64,000 nt of DNA from the human T2T-CHM13v2.0 reference genome, Homo sapiens: assembly GCF_009914755.1 (NCBI RefSeq), contig NC_060932.1. One strand, written 5' to 3'. Position numbers and translations under genes: made by a program. The notes beneath the pieces were generated by a model. The model did not search any database and was not told where the DNA came from. It was given only the letters and a program-made list of their open reading frames with translations. Below, in pieces: positions 27,346 to 41,389 of the stretch. Every line of letters starts with the position of its first letter. The stretch's first letter is position 1.

Positions 27346-28482
27346 TCCAGCTTGGGCTTTCTAAACTTCAAATTATTCTAATCCTCAGCTTAAACTTCTC
27401 AAAAACTTCCTATTGCCTGCAGAATAAATTCCCAAACCCTTAGCAGAATGTTCAAGGCCCTTTATGATCTGGTAGCAAACTAATTCTCAAGCTTCATCCT
27501 TTAAGACTCCCTACCTTGTATGCAATGAGTTGGTCCCTCTAACATTTTCCTGTCATCCCAGCAATCCATGATTAATATGAGTTCCTGCCTTTGGACATGC
27601 AGTCTCCTTAGTTGAGAAATCATACCTCACTACACCCCCTTCTAACTAACTAACCAGCACTGTGAGGACATGGTCAGCTCTATTTTCTCCCACTTGTCAC
27701 AGTAAGCCCAACAGAGCACTCTGCATGCAACAGGTATGCACTAAACAGATGCCGTCAATCACTAGTCTATGAATATGACTGCAATGGCTGGGCCTGGGCC
27801 TCTGTCCACACTGGCCAAGTGGCAAAGAGGGTGTTGCTAGAGACATTTTAGAGAAAAGAGGTGGCAAGCTCTTGCAATCCTGCTGCTGTGGCTCTGGGCA
27901 TCCTACTCTGGTAACATTTCATATCTGATGAATGAAAGGTTGGCCCAAAGTTTCTAAACAGGATTTTAAGAAAGAAAATATTTTTCCCCATTCTGAGAAG
28001 ATGGCACTTTTCTTTCTCTTTGGAGAAAAGATCAAATTTAAAGATCAGTTTCCTCAAAGAGCTGAATATTTTTATAACAGTTTCATACTGAATCTGTAAC
28101 AGTGGCTGGCCTTATTCCATTGCCAAGTTGGTCGGTATTATTGAAGAGTAATACTCAAGGCTGTGGTTTTCTGGGAGAAAAAAAAAACTCCTAAGAATAA
28201 CAGAAAACAGTTGAAGGAAACATGTTATTTCAAAAGTGTTCCGCCTCAGTGACCAAACATCCCAGGTGAGCACATGGTTTCTAGAGCAGTCCTGGCATTA
28301 ACAAGCCAGCATCTCCCTATTTGTCTAAGGGGAGGAGGTGTCCTTACCCTTGAGCTACAACTGCACTGAAGCCTCAGTTCCAAAATAAGAACTACTCCTT
28401 CCCCATCTTTCCTTAGTTGGCTGGCCCAGGCAGAACTTATTTTTATTCTTTTTTATTCTTTCCTACATCCAACACCCACTTG

Positions 28483-28489
<7 letters not shown>

Positions 28490-28520
<31 letters not shown>
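28490..28520 (+). repeat. (CA)n microsatellite
   Basis: About 15 CA units. Confidence 0.95.
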
Positions 28521-28522
<2 letters not shown>

Positions 28523-30067
28523 CACATACTCACATTTTTCTTCTTTCTCTGAGAACATCTGCTGTTTTAGATTTATGCCATATCCTTGCAGAGTTGTCTT
28601 TCAGTTACCTTTCATTCTTTATTTTTCTTATGGTTCAGGAATAGAGAGTTTGGATAACTCCAGTACAATTATTTCCATTTCTAGACAGCATTGTATTAAT
28701 AACATGAGCTCTGAGGTCAGACAGAAACATGCTCATATCCTGGTGCTAACACTTCCTGGGCAACCTCAGTCAAGTCACTTAATTTTATATTATAAGTAAA
28801 TTAGGATGCATCACTTTGGGACAATAGTGGCCATTATAATAAATATGAAAAATATTTACAATGCTATACGAACACAAAATGTCTTTCATTATCAATAAAC
28901 TAGCATTTGTAGAATTCTTTTTAGTTGGCAAAATCCTTTACACATATATTTTCTAAATAAGATAATGCCTATAATGATCTCAATTGGGTGATATTCTCAT
29001 AAGTTTTATTCTACAGATCAATAATTCCAGACAGCCAACAGTGACTTGCTGAGGGTCATACACTTAGTAAACAACAGAATAAAGACATAGTCTCTGGAAT
29101 CTGTGTGATAGTTTTTATTTTAAAGACAGTTTTAAATGTCAGAAAACAATGCAACTACATTACGGAAAGTTTACAAGATTCAGAGAAATGACCTCAAGTC
29201 TTGCACTGTAAAAATAATAAATAAATAAATGGTACTTTCTCCTTCTTACCTCTCCACCCACCCCATCTTATTATAGAGTGGAAAACAGTTCTCCTGCTAT
29301 TCACCCACTACTGCCTAACAATCCCACCATTGGTAAATTCATGCCATCTTCCTGAACCATTCTCTTCCTTTGGGGCATCCGTGGACCCTAGGATTTTATC
29401 TCATTTTCATTAAAGAATAAATATTTATTTGAGTAAGTGATGATACTGTGATGAGAGATGGATAAATGCCCTGTGAATCTGGTTCAATTCTCTTCTTTCC
29501 CCCATCTTCTGCCAAGATCCCACCACCTACACATCTGTAGGCTTGACATCTGCCCATTTTTTCTAACTCTTACGATCTGCACACTACTCCTTTAGAGTCA
29601 AGCACGTACAAGGGTATTCCTTGATCTAAGTTCTCATTTGGAGCTGTTCCATTTTTAGACAGCCGAAAACTCAGAACCTCTGAAGTCTAACAAATTTGAG
29701 TTCAACCCTTAGGTCTATTACTATTAATATTGTATCATAGAGCAAACTGGTTATTAGCTCAATTTGCATATATAAACTGGGGAATGCTTATAATTAATAT
29801 TTGATCATCAATGGATCAATTTGAAGTTATATTCAATGATAGAACTTCCATATTCCGAATAAATCTCAAGGTTTAATACAGCTCAGACTCAAATAAATAT
29901 GCCAATCAATAAAATGGTTGTTACAAAAATTATTACTGAAATAATTCAGTATATTACTTTCATCTCTTAGAGAAAATTTAGTCAATAATGCAAGGAAAAC
30001 TTTTAAAAATCTCCTTTATTCTTCTCTCCTATTCTCCCATCCTACAGCTCTTCTAGGGTATAAGTGC

Positions 30068-30147
30068 ACTCTCTGGCTCTCTCTTGCTCTCTCTCTCTCT
30101 TTCTTTCTTTCTCTCTCTCTCTCTGCCATTATAAGCACACTCTCTCA

Positions 30148-30195
<48 letters not shown>

Positions 30196-30196
30196 G
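30068..30196 (+). repeat. Compound (CT)n/(CTGT)n pyrimidine-rich repeat
   Basis: Two CT tracts, each ending in ctctgccatt, with an internal CTGT run. Confidence 0.85.
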
Positions 30197-30844
30197 CCAT
30201 TTTGCCAGATTTCTCCTTCTTCTGTGTCTTTTTCAGCTCTTTAATATGTAGGCTGGTCTAGCTTCACTGACATTTTCTTTTTGGCTTCACCGTCTGCCAT
30301 ATCTATGGATCATATTCTCCACAACAAAGGAGACGCTGAAGAATGTCTCTTTTCCATTTCCTCCCACCCCTGCAGTCCTGTCTTTTCCTCTCTGATTTTT
30401 CTAACTACACTTTAAAAATACTTTTTTAAAATCCTTAGGAACCAGATGGACTGGATTGGGCAGGGAAGGGAATGAAATTTATGAGCACATGCAAAATTCT
30501 GTATGCATGCAGGGAAAGAAAGTTTGAAAAAACTTATATATGTTAAAATGGGGGCTTCCTAAACTTTATTTATCTATACTCAGGGTAGCAAACTGTGAAA
30601 TAAACCTCTCCGTCCCTAATTTTCCATCCTGGCAATTCTTTCTGCTCTCTGCTTAGTATGGTCACAGGCCCCCAGCTTTCAGCTTCTTTGTATTTTTTCC
30701 ATATTTTCTTCTTCTCCTGTCTACACTGATTTCCTAATCCAGCCTCTCTCTAGAATCCTAGAATCCCTATCCACTCAACTTTTTACTTCTGTTTCTTGTT
30801 AAGTCTGAGGCCAAGCTGCTCCTAGGTTCCATTGTTTCATCTTT

Positions 30845-31701
30845 CTTAAATTGTGATAAGAACATATAATATGAGACCTGATCTCTTAATAAGATTTAGG
30901 TATACAGTTGAGGATCACTAACAATGTACAATGTTGTAGCAGCTTTCTAGATCTTATTCATCTCATGTATCTGAAACTTTAAAGCAATTGAACAGCACCT
31001 CCTCACTTCTTCCTCTCCTCAGACCTTGGCAACCACCATTCTACTCGCTGCTTCTATGAGTTTGACTATTTTACATACTTCATGTAAGTGGAAACAAACA
31101 ATTTAAATATCTATTGATAGATGAATGCATAAAGAAAAATGATATCTACATTTATTCAGCCATAATGGAATAGTATTTAGCCATAAAACGGAAGAGTATA
31201 CACCCATAAAGAAGGAAGTCCTACCATATGCAACAACATGAATGAACTTTGAGGACAGCTATGGTCTGAATATGTCTCCCAAAGTTTGCATGTTGAAACT
31301 TAATGGCCATGTGGTAGTATTAAGAAGTGGGGTCATTAGAAGTTGATTAAGTCATGAGAGCAGACACCTCGTGGATGGAGTTAGGGCCCTTATAAAAGGG
31401 CTTGAGTGAGTGGCTTAATTCTCTTCTGCTCTTCCACCAAGTAAAGACACAGAATTTATCCCCTTTTTCGCCTTTCCGTCCCTTCCACCATGTGAGGACA
31501 TAGCAAGAAGTGTGTGCCATCTTGGAAAGAGACAGCAGCCCTCACTTGACATAGAATTTGCCGGAGCCTTGGTCTTGGACTTCTTAGCCTCCAAAACTAT
31601 GAGAAAATAAAATTCAGTTCCTTATAAATTACCCAGTCTAAGGTATTTTGTTATAGCAGCACAAACAGACTTAGAGAAGGACATTATGCTAAGTGAAATA
31701 G
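30845..31701. mobile_element. Short 5'-inverted (twin-primed) L1MA/L1MB 3' end, interrupted by a MaLR LTR
   Basis: 30845-31092 is a reverse-strand L1 3' terminus; 31095-31256 plus 31678-31701 is the adjacent upstream L1 sequence in forward orientation. Confidence 0.65.
31257..31677 (+). mobile_element. MST/MLT1A-type MaLR solo LTR
   Basis: gctatggtctgaatatgtctccc...ttataaattacccagtctaaggtattttgttatagcagc; 5-bp TSD aggac at 31252-31256 and 31678-31682. Confidence 0.88.
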
Positions 31702-32687
31702 TTGGGTTCCGTTTCTAAAGCTGCCAGGGGTCTTTGAGTACAGAAACTTCCCTGAGGGGTCTTACTCATCTCTATGTCCCCATTACACACAAGACACTTA
31801 ATATTGTTGAATGTATATGAGACAGAATGAATAAATTTGGCTCTACTAAAATTCTTACCATCAGATCTCTACTAGACACTGCCTGCATGTTAACAATCCT
31901 TATATCCATTTATAGCTGACTCCTTATTTAATGTCTGGAGCAACTGTTCCAAATCTTCTATACACCCCTCACACCCAATTCCCACCACCATCACCCATCT
32001 TTTAGTCAGCCTGTTCTCTCCTTTGAAGCAACCTGGTGAGAACAGTCTTTGCACATAATCTTTTAAGGTTATGGCTCAACCTCCAGCTACTCCCTGGGGT
32101 TTTCTGCTGACAGAAACCTTTTCCACAACACACTATTAGGATTAAGTCCACTCTTTTTCCTACGAAATGTCTAAAACATATTTTGAACCACATGGAACAG
32201 TTTTTAAACCCAATGTTTTCTCACAGAAGTCTTTATTTCCATTCAGGTTACCAGCCTCCAGAACTTCCTTTATGAGAAACCAGAGAAAAGAGAAAGAAAA
32301 ATCTGTACAAATACATCAACCAATTTCAGTCTGAGAATATTTGCTTCTAGAGGCATACCAATTTCAAAACCAAGCCATTCCACATTAGAAAATCTCACAT
32401 GTCCTTTCTGAGATCTAAATAACCTCCATTTTCTTAAAAAAAAAAAAAAACTATCAAAAGGTAGAAGCAAGATAGCCTTCACAGACAGCCACAGGTCAGT
32501 CTCTTAAATAAATATGACACTGGCTTTCTTCGAGTGAAAGGCCCCTGATAATCCAGCAAGTTCCCTGGGTCCATGTTGGAATGGAGGAAGTTTGACATTA
32601 CCCAAGATAGAAAAGGCATTTAACCTGTTTCTGTAGGAATTGTTGTCAAAATACTTTGAGAATTATTTTAGCTTGGGCCCTTTGATA

Positions 32688-33050
32688 AGTGTCTTAGGTC
32701 TGGTTCCCTAGAAGCCATAACTGGGGTAGCCAATAAGTGTGATTTATTGAAGAAGAGATCTTCAGGAAGATCGTCAGAACCAGTAATGAAGCAAGAAAAG
32801 CAGGAAAGAGACAAGAATGTCCGGGTAGGATCTAGTCTTGGTCTGACCCAGCAGGGCTCTCTGGAACGTAAGCTACACTTCAGAGTGATCCCACATTAAA
32901 GGCAGGGTCAGTCTTTTGTACCTCTGAGTTAATCTGTCATCGGTTCCAATGGTGTGTACCCTCCTGGTCTAAGTAGCTTTCCCCGCCTGAGAAGGGAACA
33001 GACAGCAGTGAGTTGTTGAATACTCACAACAGCTGGGGATGGGTAAACAG
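32688..33050 (-). mobile_element. LTR16-family ERVL LTR
   Basis: tcttaggtctggttccctagaagc...atttattgaagaag...cacagctggggatggg resembles reverse-strand LTR16. Confidence 0.55.
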
Positions 33051-33531
33051 AAGAAAGAAAACTAATGTGTATTCACCACCTTCTGCCAGGTACAACACTA
33101 GGGGCTTTGCATATATGATCTCCTGCAATCTTCCTAAACCTATAAGGAAGGTATTATATCCCCATTCTATAAGTAAAGCGAGGCTCAGAAGGGTTAGTCT
33201 AAAATTATTTGAGTAGTAGAGATAGCTGAGCTGACCTTCTAGAGAGTTTCAAAATCGATTTTCTCTCTAGATTTTAGGACTTAATAACCCAGTCACTAGC
33301 AGACCCCTGGCAAACACTGAAACAATCCCATAGGCACCAATTTTATCCTAACCCACATCTCAAAAGTAACTGAAACTTCTGCACTAAGGAGGCAGCAGCA
33401 ACACACTCCCAGCAACAGCTAGGAACTCGCTTGAATGAACGCTCTGAAGCTGAAACACTTTAACTAGAGGTTTACAAAACTAGTCTGACTTCCCCTGGGT
33501 ATGAGCACTGACTTAAGGCCCTTCTCTAAAA

Positions 33532-33950
<419 letters not shown>

Positions 33951-34309
33951 TAGTGTGACATTATTCTAGTTTTACCAGTGAGGACATTAGAGCCCGGAGA
34001 GGTTATGTGAGTGGTCCAAAATCACGCAACAGAAGTAGTGAGAATGTCAATTAGCAACAACAGCAAAAAATCCACTGAAATTGCAACCACCTGAGAACCT
34101 CCTTGCTTGCCTGCCTATCTCAAGGTCTAAGTATGTCTAAAGACATACATTATATCTGCTGCTAAGTATTTAGAAGCTAGCACCTTTGCTTGCCAGTCTG
34201 GGAAGTGGTATGGCAGAAGCAATTATCTCTAGCCATAAAACCCCAAAATCATTGACTCTTACACTTCCACATTTCTGCCTTCTATTATCAGCCTTGCTCA
34301 ACTTAGTTG

Positions 34310-34591
34310 TTTTTTTTAGACAGAGTCTCGCTCTGTCACCCAGGCTGGAGTGCAGTGGTGCAATCTTGGCTCACTGCATACTCCACCTCCCAGGTTCAAG
34401 CGATTCTCATGCCTCCAGAGTAGCTGCAATTACAGGCATGTGCCACCACAACCTGATGCTTTTTGTATTTTTAGTAGAGATGGGGTTTCACCATGTTGGC
34501 CAGGCTGATCTTGAACCCCTGGCCTCAAGTGATCTGCCCGCCTCGGCCTCCCAAAGTGTTGAAATACAGGCTTGAGCCACTGTGCCCAGCC
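34310..34591 (-). mobile_element. Alu (AluS/Jb)
   Basis: Reverse-complement Alu; caacttag flanks both sides. Confidence 0.93.
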
Positions 34592-36127
34592 AACTTAGAT
34601 TTCTTATAGATCTAGACGCCACTGAGTTTAGCCAAATGGTTAACATCAACTCTATGAAATGGGGTGATGTAGATGCTGGACTGCAGTCACACATGGTGAA
34701 ATTTTCCACACTTGAGATCTGAAGGTGATGGCCACAGTCCAAATTCATGTTCCATCATCTTTTTTTCAGGTTCCAGGCCATTTATGTCAGAAACATTATC
34801 AATACAATGAGAAAAAATATTCCAAACATATCATTAGAAATACATCTGTATTTTTAAATCCAAAATCTAACTAGATAACATGGCTGCTTCTTTGGTTTTC
34901 AAGGGATTCTTTCCCAAACTCCTGCACAGGATCCTTCCTTCAGACAAATTAACCTGCCAGTGCCCCCATCATCATCAGAGATGCAGGAAAAGTTACACAA
35001 AGGTATTCAAGGAAAAAACAGTGGCCAGTCTGCATTCAAAAAAAGTACAACTCAAAAACAAAAATTTTGTAAATGTAAAGGAATGAAAAACATGTCATGT
35101 GGAGGTAAAAGTTCTGAGTTGAAGTCATTTTGAACACATATTTTACTGAACCTTAGTTTATTATCTGAAACATAGGAACAATTGTGCCTGCCCAATCCAT
35201 CCCTTATGGTTATGAAACAAGGAGCAAAATCCAAATTGGACTAAGATCAAGCATTCCATATGTGCAATCACTTGAAAATTGTAAAAGGCTGTAGAAATGC
35301 AACAGAGGGTTCTTGAGAGGCAATTGTAGTATCGTGGAGAAACACTATTCCCTGCAAACAGGAGAGATGGGCTGGGGTCTTGTTCTGTCCTCTCCTAATG
35401 AACCTTGACAACAATCCTATCTGCTAATGTTTATTAGTGGGCTTACTTTGCCTGGCATTGTCTTAAGAGGTTTAACATATGTGTTTACTAGGGGAGTACT
35501 ATCAGTATCCCATTTTGTAAGTGAGGCTTCTCTGTGGTTCTGAGAAGGTAATATGCCTGTTGGTACCCCCGTAAAGGGAAGACGCAAGCCAGGATTCCAA
35601 GTCAGGCTGTTAGCCTTGGACTTCCTAACATGAACACCACTCAGCCTGCCTTTGCCCACTCACATAGCTTCTCTTTCTAGTCTTAATTTTCTCATTGGCC
35701 AAATGAAGACCATGATGCCTATCTGGGGTGTGCTAAAAACCAGGTTAGCAACACATGCAAGCGCTGGATAACAATAAAACCTTAGTACCAGGGAAAAATA
35801 ATTAAAAGCTTTTCTAAAACACTGTTTATGACTTCTCCACCACACACAGCACTTTGAAAGAAATACAAATGGAAATCCAATATTATATTACCCTGTCTCA
35901 CTATATCTACCTAGCTACCAATGGATCTCAGTTGTAGTTGTAGTCAATACATATTTGAAATAACAATTTTCTTTTCAAAGTAATTATCCTTGTGATATGG
36001 TTTGGTTCTGTGTCCCCACCCAAATTTCACCTTGAATTGTAATAATCCCCACGTGTCAAGGGTAGGACCAGGTGGAGATCATTGAATCAGGAGGGCGGTT
36101 TCCCCATACTGTTCTCGTGATAGTGAG

Positions 36128-38488
36128 TGTATTGAGGTTCTCTAGAGGGACAGAACTAATGGAATATATATATATATATACACACACACACGGAATATAT
36201 ATATGGAATAAATACACGGAATAAATATGTATGGAATAAATACATGGAATAAATATGTATGGAATAAATACATGGAATAAATATGTATGGAAAATATGGA
36301 AAATCTCTATATGCAAAATCTATATATGGAAAATCTATATGGAAAATCTACATATGGAATATCTATATATGGAATATCTATATGGAATATCTACATATGG
36401 AACATACATATGTGGAACATATGTATGGAACATATGTATGGAACATATATATGTGGAATATATATGGAGAATATATACATGGAGAATATATATGTAATAT
36501 ATACATGGAGAACATATATACGGAATATATACATGGAGAACATATATACGGAATGTATACATGGAGAACATATATACGGAATATATACATGGAGAACATA
36601 TATATGGAATATATATATGGAGAATATATATGGAATTATATAATATGGAAAAAATACATATAGAATATATATATGGGAAGATATACATACGGAATATATA
36701 TATGGGAAGGAAGATATACATACAGAATATATATATGGGAAGATATACATACGGAATATAGATATATGGGAAGATATACATACGGAATATAGATATATGG
36801 GAAGATATACATACGGAATATAGATATATGGGAAGATATATATGGAACATAGATATATGGGAAGATATATATGGGAAGATATATATGGGAATATATATAT
36901 ATGGGAAGATATATATGGCAATATATATATGGGAAAATATATATGGGAAGATATATATATGGGAATATATATATGGGAAGATATATATGGGAATATATAT
37001 ATGGGAAGATATATATGGGAATATATATATGTGGAATATATATGGGAATATATATATATGGGAATATATATATGGGAATATATATACATGGGAATATATA
37101 TGGGAATATATATATGGGAATATATATATATGGGAATATATATGGGAATATATATATGGGAATATATATGGGAATATATATATGGGAATATATATATATG
37201 GGAATATATATAAATGGGAATATATATATGGGAATATATATACATGGGAATATATATATATGGGAATATATATACATGGGAATATATATATATGGGAATA
37301 TATATACATGGGAATATATATATATGGGAATATATATACATGGGAATATATATATGGGAATATATATATGGGAATATATATATGGGAATATATATATGTG
37401 GAATATGTATATGGGAATATATATATGTGGAATATGTATATGGGAATATATATATGTGGAATATGTATATGGGAATATATATATGTGGAATATGTATATG
37501 GGAATATATATATGTGGAATATGTATATGGGAATATATATATGTGGAATATGTATATGGGAATATATATATGTGGAATATGTATATGGGAATATATATAT
37601 GTGGAATATGTATATGGGAATATATATAGGGAATATGTATATGGGAATATATATATGTGGAATATGTATATGGGAATATATATATGTGGAATATGTATAT
37701 GGGAATATATATATGTGGAATATGTATATGGGAATATATATAGGGAATATATATATGGGAATATATATATGTGGAATATGTATATGGGAATATATATATG
37801 TGGAATATGTATATGGGAATATATATATGTGGAATATGTATATGGGAATATATATAGGGAATATATATATGGGAATATATATATGTGGAATATGTATATG
37901 GGAATATATATATGTGGAATATGTATATGGGAATATATATATGTGGAATATGTATATGGGAATATATATATGTGGAATATGTATATGGGAATATATATAT
38001 GTGGAATATGTATATGGGAATATATATAGGGAATATATATATGGGAATATGTATATGGGAATATATATAGGGAATATATATATAGAATATGGAATATATA
38101 TATATATGGGAGTTTATTAAGTATTAACTCACATGATCACAAGGTCCAACAATAGGCTTTCTGCAGGCTGAGGAGCAAGGAGAGCCAGCCCAAGTACCAA
38201 AACTGAAGAATTTGGAGTCCAATGTTTGAGGGCAGGAAGCATCTGGCAAGGACAAAGATGTAGGCTGGGAGGCTAGGCTAGTCTCTCTTTTCACATTTTT
38301 CTGCCTGCTTATATTCTAGCCACACTGGCAGCTTATTAGATTGTGCCCACCCAGATTAAGGGTGGGTCTGCCTTTCCCAGCCCACTGACTCAAATGTTAA
38401 TCTCCTTTGGCAACACACTCACAGAAACACCCAGGATCAATACTTTGTATCCTTCAAAGCAATTAAGTTGACAGTGTTAGCCATCATA
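36128..38488 (-). mobile_element. MLT2A (HERV-L) solo LTR carrying an expanded internal repeat
   Basis: Termini tgtattgaggttctctagagggacagaactaat and aagttgacagtgttagccatcata match reverse-strand MLT2A; 5-bp TSD gtgag/atgag. Confidence 0.9.
36160..38110. repeat. Compound AT-rich VNTR (~1.95 kb) of GGAA(TA)n-derived units
   Basis: Successive blocks of related units such as GGAATAAATAC, GGAAAATCTATAT, GGAGAACATATATACGGAATATATACAT, GGGAAGATATACATACGGAATATAGATATAT and the 29-mer GTGGAATATGTATATGGGAATATATATAT. Confidence 0.97.
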
Positions 38489-39739
38489 ATGAGTGAGTTC
38501 TCACGAGATCTGATGGTTCCATAAGGGGATTCGCCACTTTGCCCACCTCTCATTCTCTCTCTTTCTGCCCTGTGAAGACGTACCTTCTGTAACGATTGTA
38601 AGTTTCCTGAGGCCTCCCCAGCCATGCAGAACTATGAGTCAATTAAACCTCTTTCCTTTATAAATTACCCATTCTCAGGTATTTCTTCATAGCAACATAA
38701 GAACAGACTAACACACCTTGAAAATGAGGCCACTTTACCAGCATGTTGAAACTGCCTTCTATATGTCATGTCCTGCAAAATAGCTCTTAGTTTACAAAGA
38801 GAAAAGAAACTTAATACCCGCTTCAGAGACATGTCTCACAGCAGGTGGTAGCTAATCCCAAAGTCATAGTGCTTTCTTTTTTTAGAATCACAAGAAGTAT
38901 TGGTATATCGCAATCAAACTAATAACCTATATCCTTTTGGGCAAAATATAAATCTGACTTCTAGATTTCTGTACAGACGAGTGAAACTATCCCTTAGGAA
39001 AATTTTATGAGAGAAAAAACTAAAAGAAAATTTAATTAATTAATTTTACCTTTTCTAGGATTTGGGAAACAACATTCATTTTGAATTTTTACATTTGAAG
39101 CATATCAGTCCAAGTAAGGGGACCCCATTGCTTTTGGGAGTATGGCTTTTTTGGGGAGGAGGAGTATGGCTTTTTAATTTCTACTAACATGGGGAACATT
39201 TTTTCATTATGTGTAAAACCAGGCAAGTATGTAAATTTCAGCAGAGCAACAGGAGCTGAATGAGTTAATTCATTTATGAAGGTTTGCTATGTGCCAGGTG
39301 CTGGGAATAAGACAAAGTCCTTCTATGAGAAGGCTCCCAGCCTAGCTGGTGAAACACTTTCCCAGGGAGTTATAATGCAGAATGGTGAGTACAATGAAGG
39401 TGCCATAGAGAACCTGGAGGAGATGCTCCCCACCCAACCAGAGAAGAAGCATCGCTTCTTGGAGGAGGTGCTGGCATCCTTTGCTCTAACAAACCTCCCC
39501 TGACTTTGCTCTAGCCTCAACTCACATCCACCCCTCCAACACCTGTAGACAACATAAGCTATAGCAAGAACTCCTCCTCAATCCCACAGAATCATATCTC
39601 AATAATACAAGACTGAAAATAGGTCACATTCCTCCCACATTTGCTCTATGCTAGGTGCTATAATAAGCACTCTACAAGTTACCTTGTTTAATCCCCACAT
39701 CAGTCTTATGTGGTATATACTTTTATTATCATCTCCCTT

Positions 39740-40710
39740 CTGAGTATCTATAACCATGTAACAAACAATCACCAAAATGTAGGGCCTTAAATCAATAGAT
39801 GATTACTTCTCACATTTCTGCGGGTTCCCTGGGCTCTGCTGGCTGTTCTCCTGGCGGAGGGTCATTCACATGGCTCTGGTCAGATAGCAGCGGTGGCCAG
39901 AGTCATCAAGCTATGAGTGGGACAATGTTCAAGATGCGTCACTCACACGTCTGTGGGCTAAGAGCTCACTGAGGGCTAACACAGAGTACCTGTGGACAGC
40001 CTCTCCCCGTGACTTGGGCTCGTTAAAAGAAAAACTGCAGCTGAATTGAATTTAAAGGAGTTTAATTGAGCAATGAATAATTCGTGAATTGGGCAGCCCC
40101 CAGAATCACAGCAGATTCAGATAGACTCCAGGGATAGATCAAAAAAAGCAGTGACGTACAGAAATCAGAAGTGAGGTATAGAAACAGCTGGCTTGGTTAC
40201 AGGTTGGTGTTTGTGTTATTTGAACACAATTTGAACACTCGGCAGTGTATGGGTGGTTTGGCTGCTGGGATTGTCCGAGACTCAGCTGTTGTTACAGGCG
40301 CATACTCCTAAATTAGGTTTTCAATCTTGTCTACCTATTACGTTAGGTTACAGTTCGTCTACAAGGACTCAAATACAGAAGTACGGAGTCCTCAGGCCAT
40401 GTTTAGTTCACTTTAACAGGCTTCTCACAGCCCGATGCTTAGGTTTCCAGAAGAAACATGCCAAGAGGTAGCATTCCGAAAGGCAAGACATGGAATGTAC
40501 CAGACCAGAGAAACCTGAGCTGAATCTGTCACTGACAGTGCTGCTGCCACCATAGTCTTTTGATCAAAGCAGTCTCTGGACATGCTTAGATTCAAAGGGG
40601 TAGTAAACCTAATTCCACCCTTTGACAGGAAGTGGGGAAGAGGGGTAGCAAGGTCACGTTGCAGTGGGATGGGAGTTGTTACGGCCATTTTTGGAAACTG
40701 TAATCTGTCA
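39740..40710 (-). mobile_element. MLT1-family LTR split by a MER57-type LTR
   Basis: gtaacaaacaatcaccaaaatgtagggccttaa...gttacggccatttttggaaactgtaatctgtcaca are reverse-strand MLT1 termini. Confidence 0.7.
40021..40418 (-). mobile_element. MER57-type (ERV1/MER4 group) solo LTR
   Basis: Termini (c)gttaaaagaaaaactgcagctg and ctttaaca; 4-bp TSD ggct at 40017-40020 and 40419-40422, typical of class I ERVs. Confidence 0.8.
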
Positions 40711-41389
40711 CAGTTATCATTACACATAAGAGGTTTGGTAACTTGTTTAAGGCCACAGAGATAATAGATGATGGAACCAGATCATAAACACAAGCACATA
40801 GCCCCTGCTTTTTACTGCCCATGAGTAATGGGCATGCCCATAAGTGGCCCATGAGTGGCCCATCACTCAATTTACTGATGGAATTGTAAATATTTGCTGA
40901 CCTGTCTCTTTCTAAAGACTGCAAACTCCTTGAGGGCTGTGTCTAATTCCTTGCTATAATTTTTCCAGTATCTGGCACAAGTCCTGATACAGAGTGCTTA
41001 CTCAACACGTTTGCTGAGTTAATAAGCGAATCATGCAATGCCACTTACTCATCAGTTCCACCAAGATAGGAGAGAGTCCTTATCTGGGATGATTTATAAG
41101 ATTTTCTAGCCCATCTAGATATAAATGATGCTAATGAGAAAACAATTTCTGAGGCAAACCGATCAGCCCTGTGCAAGTCAGTACAGAGCGCAGACATGAT
41201 CTTGTCCTGTAGAATTTGTAATTTTATTATTATTGGAAATGGTGGTGGAAAATGGAAAGAGATAAGATAGTAATGCTTCTACAGGAAAACAGCTTTGCAA
41301 ATGACTCTAGTCCCATGTGTATACAATTATACCTGAGAGGCCCTTTTACATTTTTCACTCACACTTTCTGAACTTTCAGAGGTGAATCA

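Larger units (their letters stand above)
35993..38715 (+). mobile_element. THE1 (THE1C-like) MaLR solo LTR split by an MLT2A insertion (parts 35993-36127 and 38489-38715)
   Basis: Starts tgatatggtttgg, ends agactaacaca; perfect 5-bp TSD ccttg at 35988-35992 and 38716-38720. Confidence 0.92.

Noticed and set aside
27925-27940. ctgatga...gaaa hammerhead-like core
   Set aside because: Only 2 nt between the motifs, so stem II cannot form.
36160-38110. CRISPR-like repeat-spacer array
   Set aside because: Eukaryotic context, no unique spacers and no cas genes; the units are contiguous tandem variants.
36255-38120. Long overlapping ORFs (up to 430 aa) on both strands, rich in Y/I/G/W/M
   Set aside because: Artefact of the TA/GGAA VNTR, whose units rarely create stop codons; periodic low-complexity translation in nearly all frames.
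38827-40840. Perfect p53 half-sites agacatgtct (38827) and gggcatgccc (~40831)
   Set aside because: Isolated half-sites without an adjacent partner decamer.
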